Assembly (NCBI GenBank): GCA_051859245.1
Contig: JBHYGA010000005.1
Span: forward strand, 480,001 to 544,000
Reading direction: 5' to 3'
Origin: Gemmatimonadaceae bacterium
GTDB taxonomy: Bacteria > Gemmatimonadota > Gemmatimonadetes > Gemmatimonadales > Gemmatimonadaceae
Length of the DNA stretch: 64,000 nt
The notes below the pieces were generated by a model. That model was not told the DNA's origin, did no database searches, and saw only the letters and a list, made by a program, of their open reading frames with translations. Numbering within the stretch: the first letter of the stretch is position 1; the number at the start of each line of letters is the position of its first letter. Shown piece after piece: positions 44,266-54,532 of this stretch. A program made the position numbers and the translations under genes.

Positions 44266-44416
44266 AGTACAGGTACATGGTTCACACTTTGCTGTAGTAC
44301 CAAACCCTGCTCGGTAGGTTCGACGAGCGCACGCGTACGATCACCGGCGCGCCGTCACAAAAAAGGACTGTTAACCATGTGCCCGGACATAGTGTCACCT
44401 ATCTTCCCGTGTTCAC
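44266..44416 (+). mobile_element. Internally deleted IS481-family remnant
   Basis: Inverted end motifs GTACAGGTACATGGTTCACACT and ACTGTTAACCATGTGCCCGGAC (17/22), a tandem copy TGTCACCTATCTTCCCG, and a transposase-like tail YQTLLGRFDERTRTITGA. Confidence 0.7.
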
Positions 44417-45373
44417 TGTGCGTGCTCGTGCGGGGCTACGTGGATTCTTTCTGGATAGTCGCACTCGCGTGCAGACTACTCGACCATCCGCGACTACATC
44501 CTCCCGACGATCCCTTCGACTCACTCGCAAGCAACCCACCTCAGGGAATCGCATAGCGATAAGGATTGAGGCGAGCACGTGCGGCTTCGGACCCATGGGG
44601 ATCAAGTTGACATCGGCAGAGCGTCGATGCGGATCAATGGTCTCGGCAAGATACCGAAATGCCTGTTCTACGCTTGTCAGCGGAAGCCCGAAGGAGCGCG
44701 CAGCTTGAGACACGATTTCTCGATTCTCCTCCTGAACTCGCGCGGCGTATCCATCGGGGGCGTCCTGCTCTGCAAAGAATGAGTAGATCAGATCAGGCTC
44801 CATCTGGTCTAGAACACAGAGGGATGCCAGACTGTCAAAGCCGAGGCCGATGATCGCCACTGACCGATTGTGCGCAAGCGCTCCTCCTTCGCAGCCCGGA
44901 ATGCACAGTACATTGTCAATGACCATAGGCGGAAGAGTAGTCTGGTGTCTTCCCACGGCGTAAACGAAGTCGATGTCGACGGTTTCAAGAGCACTTGCAA
45001 CTCGAAACCAATTCAGAACCGCTGCGTACCAGAGACGCGACATCGCACTGTAGTCAACCAAGATCTTGAGCGCGGACTTGGCGTTAGACTCTGCGTCTCT
45101 CAAGCACGAATAGATGGCGATATCGTCACTTCCTGCTATGACCTTCGGAAGTACGCCAAAAGCACTGCGAAAAAACTCGTCGTTTGTCTTGCGGACGATA
45201 TCGTCGGCAACCGTGGAAAAGCCGACTACTGAGATCTTTCCGAGACGCGCAGCTTCCAGCTTGCCGGCGATAAACGATGCGCGGACCTCATACCCACTCG
45301 CGAAAATGCTGGCGTCGTAACTTCCGGCTTGCACTGCGGCAAGGTCAGAGTCCTCGATGCTATCAATCAACAT
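44399..45373 (-). CDS. Hypothetical protein, probable tandem Rossmann/CARF-like domains
   Basis: ASGYE.R, VDYSAMSR, IIGLGFD, LIPMGPKP; overlaps the ATPase stop. Confidence 0.65.
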   Translation of the reverse strand: MLIDSIEDSDLAAVQAGSYDASIFASGYEVRASFIAGKLEAARLGKISVVGFSTVADDIVRKTNDEFFRSAFGVLPKVIAGSDDIAIYSCLRDAESNAKSALKILVDYSAMSRLWYAAVLNWFRVASALETVDIDFVYAVGRHQTTLPPMVIDNVLCIPGCEGGALAHNRSVAIIGLGFDSLASLCVLDQMEPDLIYSFFAEQDAPDGYAARVQEENREIVSQAARSFGLPLTSVEQAFRYLAETIDPHRRSADVNLIPMGPKPHVLASILIAMRFPEVGCLRVSRRDRREDVVADGRVVCTRVRLSRKNPRSPARARTVNTGR

Positions 45374-47189
45374 GAGAATCGTCGCCTCCGAACAAGTCGC
45401 TCTGCTCGACAAGGCGTGCGGCGCGTTCTTCTTTCGAGGCAGACTGATATGCGAGAATCCAAGTCAAGCTTCGCGCGCGTCCGCGTCTAGGTAGTATGCG
45501 AAAGTGTGGCGCGAGAACGTACGCTAGATGAAACGTACCGCTGCGAATTGGCATCTGATCCGGATTGCTTTGGCCAGTGTTTGGGAAGAGTAGTCCCAGA
45601 CCGACAGCGCGTTCGATGAGCTTCCAGTGTTCGCTGCTTACCGATGCATCGACGATAAAGCTCGAGATCTGGTCCGTGCTTATGGGGCGGTTGTGCAGTG
45701 AGTCGCGCATGAATGAACCGACACGCTCAATGAATGTGAAGAGTTCCGGGCCAACCTCCGGCTCGCTTTGGATTCTTGAGAGGGTAGTAGTGGAGAACGC
45801 GATCAGGTTTCTTGTTTGGTTCGCCTGCGTTATGGACTTAATCCTTCTTCCGTCTCGCCAGCGTTCCTCAACCAAGAAGCTGTTAATGATCCTGATGAGT
45901 CTCCGTGGATTTGCGTCGCCGCACCGCACGATCATGCTCGCGCCAGAGTAAACTTTCAACTCATCGCGACCAGTCGTCCTTTGAATTGCCTCGCGGAGCT
46001 GTATCGCGCCATGCATTTTGCGACTGATCTGATTTCTAAACTCGGACGGATTCGGTACAAGACGATCCGCTCTGGCGATTGTTTGCTCATCCGCATGCTT
46101 TCTTAGGAGCTCCCAATTCGCGGAATCTTCATCCCACGATTCACTCTGTGGATCAAGAAGTTCTGAGCGTCCAAAGAGCGCGTTTAAGGTAACTCCCTGA
46201 TACTTCGCGCCTGACGCGGATGCTCGCTTCCGAAATAGCAAGTCAGCGAACTGCCTCCCGTTGTCTTCCTTCACGCCGGAGAAGCCGATTGGATCGCGAT
46301 CGATGTAGACGTATTCAAAATCGTGACCAACATTCAAACCTACTCCAAGATTGGTGTCTTGGGTCAGGTGGTAGTACGGCATGGTCGTAATCTTGAAGTG
46401 CAGATTGCCACTGTTGCTTCGAAGATACGAGTTAAGGATTCGCTGGTGTTCGAGTCCCAAGAACTCCGCCTCGTCGAGGCATAGTAACCATGAGCAGTCT
46501 GCAGGCAGTTGCAAAGCTACGGCACTTAGTGCGATCGCCCTGCGCAGCGGCGTGAAGAGAGGTAGGTCAAAGCCAATTCCTGCTGGCTCCTCCGCTTCAC
46601 GAAGAGATCCGGTCGCACGTACCCTCACCAATTGCTGCTGCTTCTGATGCTCACTTGCTTCGATTTGTGCTTGTAGCGCGCGAATACTCTCTAATGGCGG
46701 GAACTCCGGCATCCATGCCACGCAAAGCTGCCCGACTATGTGCCCCTCAAGACGAGCCGCTTCACCACGATCAGAGGAGTATCTGTCTAGGCAGCTACGC
46801 AGGGTGACGAGGAACGCCAAGCAGCTCGCGACGTTTAGCCGCCACTGGAAGAACGACTCCAGCTCGACTTCCGTTTGCCACGTCTTGTTTTTGAGTCCAC
46901 CAACCCACTCAAGGCTCGTTGGCAGATAGATGCCGATGAACGCTCTCGACTGGATTGCGCTCTTAGCGCGCGGATTTTCGAATCTGGACAGATGATCATG
47001 TGAGAGCATCTTCGCCAGCACAGTCTTGCCCGATCCGCGGGCGCCAAGAACGATATGGTTTTTCGGAGAAAGCAACCGCCAGAACGACCTCGTGTCGACA
47101 AAGGTGGCGACAACCTCATCGCGCGTCAGGTTTCTTGCGTTTTCTATCTCGAAAAGATCTCGCCGGAAGTCGCTGCTTGTCTCAACCAT
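45363..47189 (-). CDS. ORC/CDC6-like AAA+ (STAND-related) ATPase
   Basis: GARGSGKT Walker A; LCLDEAE Walker B; NPR..I. Confidence 0.8.
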   Translation of the reverse strand: MVETSSDFRRDLFEIENARNLTRDEVVATFVDTRSFWRLLSPKNHIVLGARGSGKTVLAKMLSHDHLSRFENPRAKSAIQSRAFIGIYLPTSLEWVGGLKNKTWQTEVELESFFQWRLNVASCLAFLVTLRSCLDRYSSDRGEAARLEGHIVGQLCVAWMPEFPPLESIRALQAQIEASEHQKQQQLVRVRATGSLREAEEPAGIGFDLPLFTPLRRAIALSAVALQLPADCSWLLCLDEAEFLGLEHQRILNSYLRSNSGNLHFKITTMPYYHLTQDTNLGVGLNVGHDFEYVYIDRDPIGFSGVKEDNGRQFADLLFRKRASASGAKYQGVTLNALFGRSELLDPQSESWDEDSANWELLRKHADEQTIARADRLVPNPSEFRNQISRKMHGAIQLREAIQRTTGRDELKVYSGASMIVRCGDANPRRLIRIINSFLVEERWRDGRRIKSITQANQTRNLIAFSTTTLSRIQSEPEVGPELFTFIERVGSFMRDSLHNRPISTDQISSFIVDASVSSEHWKLIERAVGLGLLFPNTGQSNPDQMPIRSGTFHLAYVLAPHFRILPRRGRARSLTWILAYQSASKEERAARLVEQSDLFGGDDSHVD

Positions 47190-47194
47190 GTTTG

Positions 47195-48418
47195 CTAATT
47201 GAAAAGGAGAACGATGTCTTCTGGTGTATCTCCGTGCGTCCGAAAATCGAAGTGCTTTTCTATGTCGCGAAGAACCTGTAGGATCGTCTCAGCCGGTAAG
47301 TATTTGAGGTCGGAGCATTCGGCGACGATTTCATGCCAGCTGCAGTAAGCCTTGGGTCCCCTTCTAGCGTTAATGATGGGTGAGACAAGGGACCGGAGTT
47401 CGGAGATTGTGTCGTGTTTGCCGAATGGGCGCCGATGCTCGATGCCGTGATGAATCCGACTTTTTTGCCAGCCATTGGAGAACAGATACGACCAGCTCTC
47501 CACGGTCCCGCAAATCCGCCCCGACCTCGTTCGGCCATCAACCGCAATCACGTGAAACTGATTTGCGACGATGCCACTCCACCTGGTGCTGATCAGAGCA
47601 GAGAGACTTCCTGAGCCTAGGATCGCCAGCGGTGGGTATGGTGTTGTCGCGTACGTATTGAAGTGTGGCTTGTGCTTGTGACCATGAACGAGTAGATCGA
47701 TCTCGTGGCGCCCGAGCATCTTTAATAGCGCGTCAGAATTGACCATCAGACTAAAGTCTGGCGAATCAGGCGCAGGATCCGAGTACTGCACCGGATGATG
47801 ATGCACCAAGAACACTCTCAGTTGTCCATTGGCCGGCGGACGCGCGGACAGCAGTCGGTCTAGTTCTTCGAGCGACTTTGTAGAAATGCTACCGTGGTGT
47901 GGCTTCGTATCGGGATTGTCGTTCCATGATGAGTTGTGAGCGAAGAGTACCGCGTGTTCGTCCTCCCAAAAGCCGAGGTACGGTTCATCAACCAAGCTCG
48001 TCGAACTCTTCGAAATACATCTAGACAAAACTTGACTGGTTCGGGTTAGCGGAACGTACCGCTGCGCCGCTCCTAGTCCGGTCTTGTCATCAGGATATTG
48101 AGAGAACGACGTCCAGTTTACATCGTGATTCCCAGGGACAAATGCAATTCTCTCTTCGGCGACTCCTAGTGCTTCCGCGATCTCTAGCAGAAACTCTGAC
48201 GCGAGTACGAATTCATCCGGTTGGGCTTTGTTGCTCACGTCACCAGGGCAGAGTAGATAGTCCGCCCTTATCGTGTTCTCGCGAAGAAATTTGATGAAGG
48301 TCGATCGATAGTTGCTTTCGATCTGATGTGTCGAGGGACTTGGTGACAGATCCTTGGCGCGAGCACCAGTACCGACGTGGAGATCGCTTGCAACTGCCAA
48401 ACGGAGTGGCTTTTTCAT
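47195..48418 (-). CDS. Calcineurin-like metallophosphoesterase with C-terminal extension
   Basis: SDLH, GD, PGNHD, HHHP, HGHKH. Confidence 0.92.
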   Translation of the reverse strand: MKKPLRLAVASDLHVGTGARAKDLSPSPSTHQIESNYRSTFIKFLRENTIRADYLLCPGDVSNKAQPDEFVLASEFLLEIAEALGVAEERIAFVPGNHDVNWTSFSQYPDDKTGLGAAQRYVPLTRTSQVLSRCISKSSTSLVDEPYLGFWEDEHAVLFAHNSSWNDNPDTKPHHGSISTKSLEELDRLLSARPPANGQLRVFLVHHHPVQYSDPAPDSPDFSLMVNSDALLKMLGRHEIDLLVHGHKHKPHFNTYATTPYPPLAILGSGSLSALISTRWSGIVANQFHVIAVDGRTRSGRICGTVESWSYLFSNGWQKSRIHHGIEHRRPFGKHDTISELRSLVSPIINARRGPKAYCSWHEIVAECSDLKYLPAETILQVLRDIEKHFDFRTHGDTPEDIVLLFN

Positions 48419-48428
48419 TGTGCGTTCG

Positions 48429-49250
48429 TCAGCGCTTCGCGATAACAGAGTTTGTGAAGACCAGTTCTGCAGCGCGGCGCCTATGCTTCGCAAAACCAGA
48501 TATGTTTCGCTGGACGAACTTTCGTTCTACATGCCAGCCATTGAACTGCCGCCTTGACTCAGCTGAGTCGGCGTACGATAGGACGAACGTCGCCCCCAAC
48601 GCGTTGATGCAGTGCAGGAGTTCTGACAGACGCTCCAAATCTTCCAAACCGAACGTCGCTGGCCCGTACTGACGAAAGATCCGACGATTCTCAACCGCAT
48701 ACGGCGGATCTAGGTAGACGAGGTCTCCCGATCGTACGTTGTCGCGAACAACGCGTTCAAAGTCGCCACAGACAATCTTGCAGGATCGGAGCCGAACGCT
48801 GCATTGCTGAATCTGTGTAAAGGAGGGCAAACGGCCGGTTCGCGTAGGTGCATAAGGTACGTTGAACTGCCCCTGAAGATTGGTCCTATAGAGTCCATTG
48901 AAGCAAAAGCGATTCAGGTAGACTAGCCTTGCCGCACGTTGCGCGCTTGTAAGATTCGAGTAATCCTGACCTCTCAGTGAGTTGTACGTCTCCCTGGATT
49001 GCGGCAGACGGTCAAGCTCATGAGACACAGCGTCTGGAGTATCTCTTACAGCAACGTATAGATTCGTGAGTTCCTCGTTCGAGTCCGACAGCAGTGCTCG
49101 TTTCGGATCGAGTGCAAAAAATAGACTTGCCGAGCCTGCGAATGGTTCGACGTACCGAACGTGCTGCTCCGCGTTCCAGTAGCGCACTAGTGTGCTTATT
49201 AGGCGTCGCTTGCTGCCCGCCCATCGAAGTATCTGGAGCTCTGACTTCAC
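48429..49250 (-). CDS. Dam-family DNA adenine methyltransferase
   Basis: WAGSK, EPFAGS, YLNR.CFNGLYR.N..G.FNVP, DPPY. Confidence 0.95.
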   Translation of the reverse strand: MKSELQILRWAGSKRRLISTLVRYWNAEQHVRYVEPFAGSASLFFALDPKRALLSDSNEELTNLYVAVRDTPDAVSHELDRLPQSRETYNSLRGQDYSNLTSAQRAARLVYLNRFCFNGLYRTNLQGQFNVPYAPTRTGRLPSFTQIQQCSVRLRSCKIVCGDFERVVRDNVRSGDLVYLDPPYAVENRRIFRQYGPATFGLEDLERLSELLHCINALGATFVLSYADSAESRRQFNGWHVERKFVQRNISGFAKHRRRAAELVFTNSVIAKR

Positions 49251-49439
49251 GAAATCGGTAGTCCACAGAGGTTTCGCAAATTACTTACCGGGGGAAGATC
49301 GTCTCGGCAGCGGGCGTGCGTAAGTGCGAGCTGCCTGCAGTTCGCGGCACCGCCAAGAAGCAGAAAATTGGGTCGCAAGAATAGCCGGCGTTGTGCGTAC
49401 GGCCAGAACCTAGGTTTGGTGTGCCCTGCCACCGGGCGC

Positions 49440-49988
49440 TCAGGGAGTAGCCGAAACTCTCGCTGGAGGCGCCTGCTGAACTTTGAAGAAGTCCCCCATC
49501 TCGGCGTGAACGATCTCATACGTCTGGACTCGGAAACGCCCAAAGGCGGTCTCCAACTCACCCAGTCTGTCCGCCGAGTTTGAAGCACGCGCGATGGCGA
49601 TGGATGCTTCCCAATCGGCGCGAAGCGCCTGAAGTGCGAAGAGCGCCTCGGTTTGACTTCTCCATCCGACTTCCCATCTAAAGTGAGTACCGATTCCGGT
49701 TAGGATCGCTATCACGGCTGAAGCAGCGGATACAAGGAAGCTCTTGCTGATCGGGAATCCGTAGACAACCGTGTCTGTTGCGAATACGGCAATCAGCGGA
49801 AGTAGTCCGCTCAACACGATTATGCTGACGCTTGAGTACCTGAACCACTTTCGCTTCGTCGTCGATCTGTCACGATAGTAGTCGAGCATGTACTCAAAAC
49901 TCTCAGGCGTGTGAATGTCTGAGAGAAACACGGATGTGCTCAGCTGGGTGAGGTAGCGCTCTATTGTATCGTCAGTTTTTGCTTCCAT
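49440..49988 (-). CDS. SLATT/DUF4231 two-TM protein
   Basis: YY...S...K..F, two hydrophobic helices, F.W...W....EAL, C-terminal helix. Confidence 0.8.
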   Translation of the reverse strand: MEAKTDDTIERYLTQLSTSVFLSDIHTPESFEYMLDYYRDRSTTKRKWFRYSSVSIIVLSGLLPLIAVFATDTVVYGFPISKSFLVSAASAVIAILTGIGTHFRWEVGWRSQTEALFALQALRADWEASIAIARASNSADRLGELETAFGRFRVQTYEIVHAEMGDFFKVQQAPPARVSATP

Positions 49989-50010
49989 ATCTTCGGACCG
50001 ATTTGGGGGT

Positions 50011-50023
50011 GCCGCAGGCTAAC
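50011..50023 (-). mobile_element. Cassette 5' core site (G|TTAGCC)
   Basis: GCCGCAGGCTAAC is the exact 13-bp reverse complement of 44246-44258. Confidence 0.75.
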
Positions 50024-50360
50024 GTGGATCGGATGGCCCGACATATCGTCCGCCGAAGCAACCTATTCGCAGGCAAGTTGCTCGATCTGCCGCCGGTGAA
50101 CGAATCAGCAACTTGTTGATGTCAAACTATCTGTACGCGCCTGATTGCTAGCGAAGTCGCAATACGGTCGGTCTACCTAATCCCAACTCGACCACACACT
50201 CCTCTAGCTGACAATTGACTGCGGGGCTGCAGCGCCCGCGAACTCCACCGCACAAGAAGCTCGCGTTCGATGCCGACTAGCTAGCAGGCGACGCCTCGGC
50301 CCGCTAGCCTGTCCACTCGCCGTTGGTTCGCGACGCGACACAAGTGTTGGCGCACATGAA

Positions 50361-50390
50361 GCCAAGCAGATCCTGATGAAACTGCTTGGC
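50361..50390 (-). terminator. Hairpin downstream of bchZ
   Basis: GCCAAGCAG-N12-CTGCTTGGC, 16 nt after the stop; no strong U-tract. Confidence 0.45.
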
Positions 50391-50406
50391 CGAACGCTAG
50401 TTCTTC

Positions 50407-51861
50407 TCACCCCACCCCCACCAACCCCCGTCTCGACGCCATAACGTGATCCCGCGTCACCGTCCCATCCCCCAGCTCCCGCGCATCTCTCTCGGCCGCG
50501 TCCCTCAACCGCTTCGCCACTGAAATCCGAATCAACACCGGCTGCGCATCACACAACTCATCAAGCAACGCCTTCGCGTCATCACTCCACGGCAGCTCCT
50601 TATGCAGTCTCGCCGGCGTCGCATCGATCTTGTCCATATCCGTACCCAGCGGCAGGATATGAAACAGCGCATCAAACAGCTGATTACACACTTCCTGAAT
50701 CAGATACGTCGCGCCCGAATACCCCATGAACGGCGTGCCCGTATGCCGGCGAATAATCGCCCCAGGAAACGACGCCGGAATGTACATCGCGCGCGACCCA
50801 CTCTCGGCCAGATACATGCGCTCGTTGTACGAACCAAACATGATCAGTGGCGGCGTAGCTTTAATCGCCGCACGCACGGCCTGATTGTCCGGCTTTACAC
50901 CAGGCCTGCGCGCAAAGCTGAAAGTGCAGGGCAGCCCCATCTCCGTTTCAAGGAAATGGCGAATGCCACGCGCGTGCGTTTCGTTCGCCACAATCGCAAA
51001 ACTCGCCGTGCCGAAAAAATCTTGCGTGACCGACCGCCACAAATCCCACAACGGCTTGATGGTGGTGTGCTTTTCTTTTTCAATGAACGGTTCGGGATCT
51101 ACACCCAGCAACTCACCGAGCGTGCGCAAAAACTTGGTGGTGCTATGCAAACCGATTGGTGCCTGCAAATACGGCACATCAAGATCTTCGCACAGCAGGC
51201 GACCAAACTCGCGGTACATGCAGATGTTCACATCAGCATCCACCAACCGCGGCACTTCACTCAAATGCGCGCCGAGCGGGAACACCATGTTGATCTCCGC
51301 GCCAATGCCTTCCACCATGCGGCGCACTTCGGCGAGATCACTCCACGTGTTGAAGTAGCCGTACATGGGCCCGATAATGTTCACGCGCGGCTTGGCGCCG
51401 GGCAAACGCTCCGACTTGTTGGGACGCACACCTTTTTTGAGGCCGTACTCCGTCCACAACCAGTAGATGGCACGGTTCGCAGCCTGCCACTGATCTTCGT
51501 CAATCGTGCGCGGCAGAAAACGCTGAATGTTGGTGCCTTCCGGCGTGACACCACCACCAATCATTTCGGCGATTGAACCGGTCACCACTACGGCCGGCAA
51601 CTCCGGATCAAGCGTGGAGTGCGCGCGTTTCATGGCGGCTTCAGTACCGGTCTGACCAAGCTCTTCTTCGCCGAGTCCGGTCACAACAATGGGCAGTTCG
51701 TGCGGCGGCAGTGCGTCGGTGTAGTGCAGTACCGATGTCACCGGCAGGTTTTCGCAGCCAACCGGCCCGTCAATCACCACCTGCAAACCCTTGATCGCGG
51801 TAAACGCATACACTGCGCCCCAATACCCACCAGCGCGATCAAGATCGAGAATCAATGTCAT
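50407..51861 (-). CDS. bchZ: Chlorophyllide a reductase subunit Z
   Basis: [22 protein letters not shown]-terminal PCP_red domain. Confidence 0.97.
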   Translation of the reverse strand: MTLILDLDRAGGYWGAVYAFTAIKGLQVVIDGPVGCENLPVTSVLHYTDALPPHELPIVVTGLGEEELGQTGTEAAMKRAHSTLDPELPAVVVTGSIAEMIGGGVTPEGTNIQRFLPRTIDEDQWQAANRAIYWLWTEYGLKKGVRPNKSERLPGAKPRVNIIGPMYGYFNTWSDLAEVRRMVEGIGAEINMVFPLGAHLSEVPRLVDADVNICMYREFGRLLCEDLDVPYLQAPIGLHSTTKFLRTLGELLGVDPEPFIEKEKHTTIKPLWDLWRSVTQDFFGTASFAIVANETHARGIRHFLETEMGLPCTFSFARRPGVKPDNQAVRAAIKATPPLIMFGSYNERMYLAESGSRAMYIPASFPGAIIRRHTGTPFMGYSGATYLIQEVCNQLFDALFHILPLGTDMDKIDATPARLHKELPWSDDAKALLDELCDAQPVLIRISVAKRLRDAAERDARELGDGTVTRDHVMASRRGLVGVG

Positions 51862-53519
51862 ATCATCTGCTCCGCCTGACGCTTCTTATTCAGGCGCGCG
51901 AGGTGGCGTTTGTAGTGTTCACGGAACTCCGGACGGTCCACCGGCACTTCTTCCCATACGCCGGCCGCGTAACCCGAACCTACGTCACCAAAGAAGTTCT
52001 TCATTTCCAGGAAGCGCGCTTTGTTGCCAAGCGCGGCGTTCACAACCGTGGCCAGTGAACCCGCACCAGCCGGGCCCATGAGCGGCCGCGCCGAAATGAG
52101 ATTGGTAAAGTAGAGCGCGGGAATCATCAGCTCTTTTGCTTTCTGCACCACAGGCGTGGTACCAATCGCGAGGTCGGGCTCAAACTCCTGCATGGCCTGC
52201 AGATCATGTTCGAGCGACGCGCGGAACTGCACACGCACACCACGCGCTTCCAGCCAGTCACGATCGGCCATGTTGTACGGCGTGCGCGGGCACGCCGAGC
52301 CTACGTAGCGCACATCGGCGCCGCTCTCAATGAGCAAACGCGCCACCAGCAACTCCGAGCCTTCGTAACCACTCATGGTAATGCGGCCTTTGATGGGCCG
52401 AGATGCAAGCGCACCCTTGATCGCCGGCAGCACGCGATTTTTTGCTTCGTCAATTTTATCGCGCGACACGCCGGCCATTTGCCCGATGTTTTCGAGCCAC
52501 GCTTCGGTACCGTCGTAACCAACCGGCGCTGAACCAACAATCGGTCTGCCCGCCGCTTCAAACTCGCGGAAGCTCGCCGTGTAAAACGGATGAATCGCGG
52601 CCACACCAACACAGTCGAGCGCGGCGTACAGTTCACGCCACTCACGCGTTGGCACAACCGGACCGGCCGCGAGTCCCATGGGCTCGAGCATCATGCCAAT
52701 GCCAACGGGGTCCACCGGAAACATTTCGCCCACCAGTGTGACCGTGGGCTTTTCCGCGCGACCGCCACGTGGTGCCTGCACGGGACCCTGTTCGGCCTCG
52801 AGTCGCGCGTACTTGAGCATGGCGCCGGCGAGCACGTCTTTGGCTTCGGCGTGCGTGGGCACACCAAAACCCGGCACATCAATGCCCACAATGCGCACGC
52901 CGTTGATTTCTTTCGGCAAGATCTGCAGGGGAACGCCTGATGCCGTGGGTACGCACAAGTTGGTAATCACAATTGCATCGTACAGCGCCGGATCGGCCAT
53001 CTCGTGTACGGCGTCGCGAATGTCTTCGAACAACTTGCCGGTCACGAGCGACTCGGAGTTGAACGGCACATACCCAACCGTGCGCCGAGCGCCGTAAAAG
53101 TGCGACGTAAACGTGAGACCGTACACGCAGCACGCACTGCCGCTCAGAATCGTGGCCGTGCGACGCATGCGCAGACCAACTCGCAGCGAACCAAACGCGG
53201 GGCACATGCTCTGCGGCTGATCGTGCGGGCCTTTGGGATAGTCGGCCGCGTAACGGTCGAGCGTTTCGCTCTTGCCCGCCGCACGTGCAGCCGCGCGCAT
53301 TTCGCCTGCACCGGAGTGACAGCCGATGCCGTCTGTTACGGTAGCCGCCACGTTGATGTCTTCCACAATCGGCAGCGCACTGCGCGTGCCCGTGTTTTCG
53401 CCGACTGCAGCCGGCGACGGCGCACACCCAAGCCCACCCGGCGCGTCACCATCATTCGCCATGGGCGTTGCGCCGGCATCGTCGTACGCAACCTCGTTCC
53501 TTCGCACATCAATCGTCAT
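51858..53519 (-). CDS. bchY: Chlorophyllide a reductase subunit Y
   Basis: [22 protein letters not shown]. Confidence 0.97.
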   Translation of the reverse strand: MTIDVRRNEVAYDDAGATPMANDGDAPGGLGCAPSPAAVGENTGTRSALPIVEDINVAATVTDGIGCHSGAGEMRAAARAAGKSETLDRYAADYPKGPHDQPQSMCPAFGSLRVGLRMRRTATILSGSACCVYGLTFTSHFYGARRTVGYVPFNSESLVTGKLFEDIRDAVHEMADPALYDAIVITNLCVPTASGVPLQILPKEINGVRIVGIDVPGFGVPTHAEAKDVLAGAMLKYARLEAEQGPVQAPRGGRAEKPTVTLVGEMFPVDPVGIGMMLEPMGLAAGPVVPTREWRELYAALDCVGVAAIHPFYTASFREFEAAGRPIVGSAPVGYDGTEAWLENIGQMAGVSRDKIDEAKNRVLPAIKGALASRPIKGRITMSGYEGSELLVARLLIESGADVRYVGSACPRTPYNMADRDWLEARGVRVQFRASLEHDLQAMQEFEPDLAIGTTPVVQKAKELMIPALYFTNLISARPLMGPAGAGSLATVVNAALGNKARFLEMKNFFGDVGSGYAAGVWEEVPVDRPEFREHYKRHLARLNKKRQAEQMI

Positions 53520-53530
53520 GGCGCGCTGCC

Positions 53531-54532
53531 TCAGACGGTGTCGTAGACAACTTCAAGCGTCGACTTGGTCACTTCTTCCTTGCCGCACATATCAAACATC
53601 GTGGCCGGCTGCAGCACCACATCTCGGCCCGTGGTCTCGGCGCTGAACAGATCCAGAATGCCGTCCATGGTGAGCGGCTTGGGACGTACCGGCGGCGCGT
53701 CGGCCACATTGCGCGCGAGCTCTTCAAACAGCGGGCCCCACTCGGTGCCCGGAATGCCAATGATCTCGTAGTTCGCACTCTTGCGACGAATGTCATCGTG
53801 CTGCGGAATCGCGGCGAGCACGGGAATGCCGGCGGCCTTGGCAAACGCGGCCGCTTCACCGGTGCCGTCGTCCTTGTTGATCAAGATGCCGGCCACACCA
53901 ACGTTGCCACCAAGGCGGCGGAAATATTCCACCGCGTTGCACACGTTGTTTGCCACGTACAGCGACTGCATGTCATTGGAGCCAACCACAATCACCTTCT
54001 GACACATGTCGCGCGCGATGGGCAAACCGAATCCGCCGCAGACAACGTCGCCGAGGAAGTCGAGCAGCACAAAGTCAAAGCCCCAGTCGTGGAAGCCGAG
54101 CTTTTCAAGAATCTCGAAGCCGTGAATGATGCCGCGTCCACCGCAGCCGCGACCTACTTCGGGGCCGCCGAGTTCCATGGCAAACACACCGTCGCGAATA
54201 AAACACACGTCGCCAATCTGTACCGCTTCACCGGCGAGTTTTTTCTTGGCGCTCACTTCAATGATCGTGGGGCAGGCTTTGCCACCAAACAACAGTGATG
54301 TGGTGTCGCTCTTGGGATCACACCCAATGAGCAACACCTTCTTGCCCTGCTGCGCCATCATGTACGACAGGTTCGCGAGCGTAAAACTCTTGCCGATACC
54401 GCCCTTGCCATAGATCGCAATAATCTGCGTCTCTTTGGTTACGGGGCCGGTGTGTACCGCCTCTGGTTCGCTGTTCGCTTCGGCGCGCACGTTGTTGTGC
54501 AGTTGGTGCAGGGCAGTGGCGTTGTCACTCAT
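53531..54532 (-). CDS. bchX: Chlorophyllide a reductase iron protein subunit X
   Basis: YGKGGIGKSF, GCDPKSD, GRGCGGRG, DVVCGGF. Confidence 0.97.
   Translation of the reverse strand: MSDNATALHQLHNNVRAEANSEPEAVHTGPVTKETQIIAIYGKGGIGKSFTLANLSYMMAQQGKKVLLIGCDPKSDTTSLLFGGKACPTIIEVSAKKKLAGEAVQIGDVCFIRDGVFAMELGGPEVGRGCGGRGIIHGFEILEKLGFHDWGFDFVLLDFLGDVVCGGFGLPIARDMCQKVIVVGSNDMQSLYVANNVCNAVEYFRRLGGNVGVAGILINKDDGTGEAAAFAKAAGIPVLAAIPQHDDIRRKSANYEIIGIPGTEWGPLFEELARNVADAPPVRPKPLTMDGILDLFSAETTGRDVVLQPATMFDMCGKEEVTKSTLEVVYDTV

Noticed and set aside
49318..49396. attC between the SLATT and Dam genes
   Set aside because: GCACAAC is present on the minus strand, but L-box pairing is poor and the R' reads CTTACGC; at best a relic
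53531..54532. nifH or bchL
   Set aside because: The sequence and the bchC-X-Y-Z context identify it as bchX
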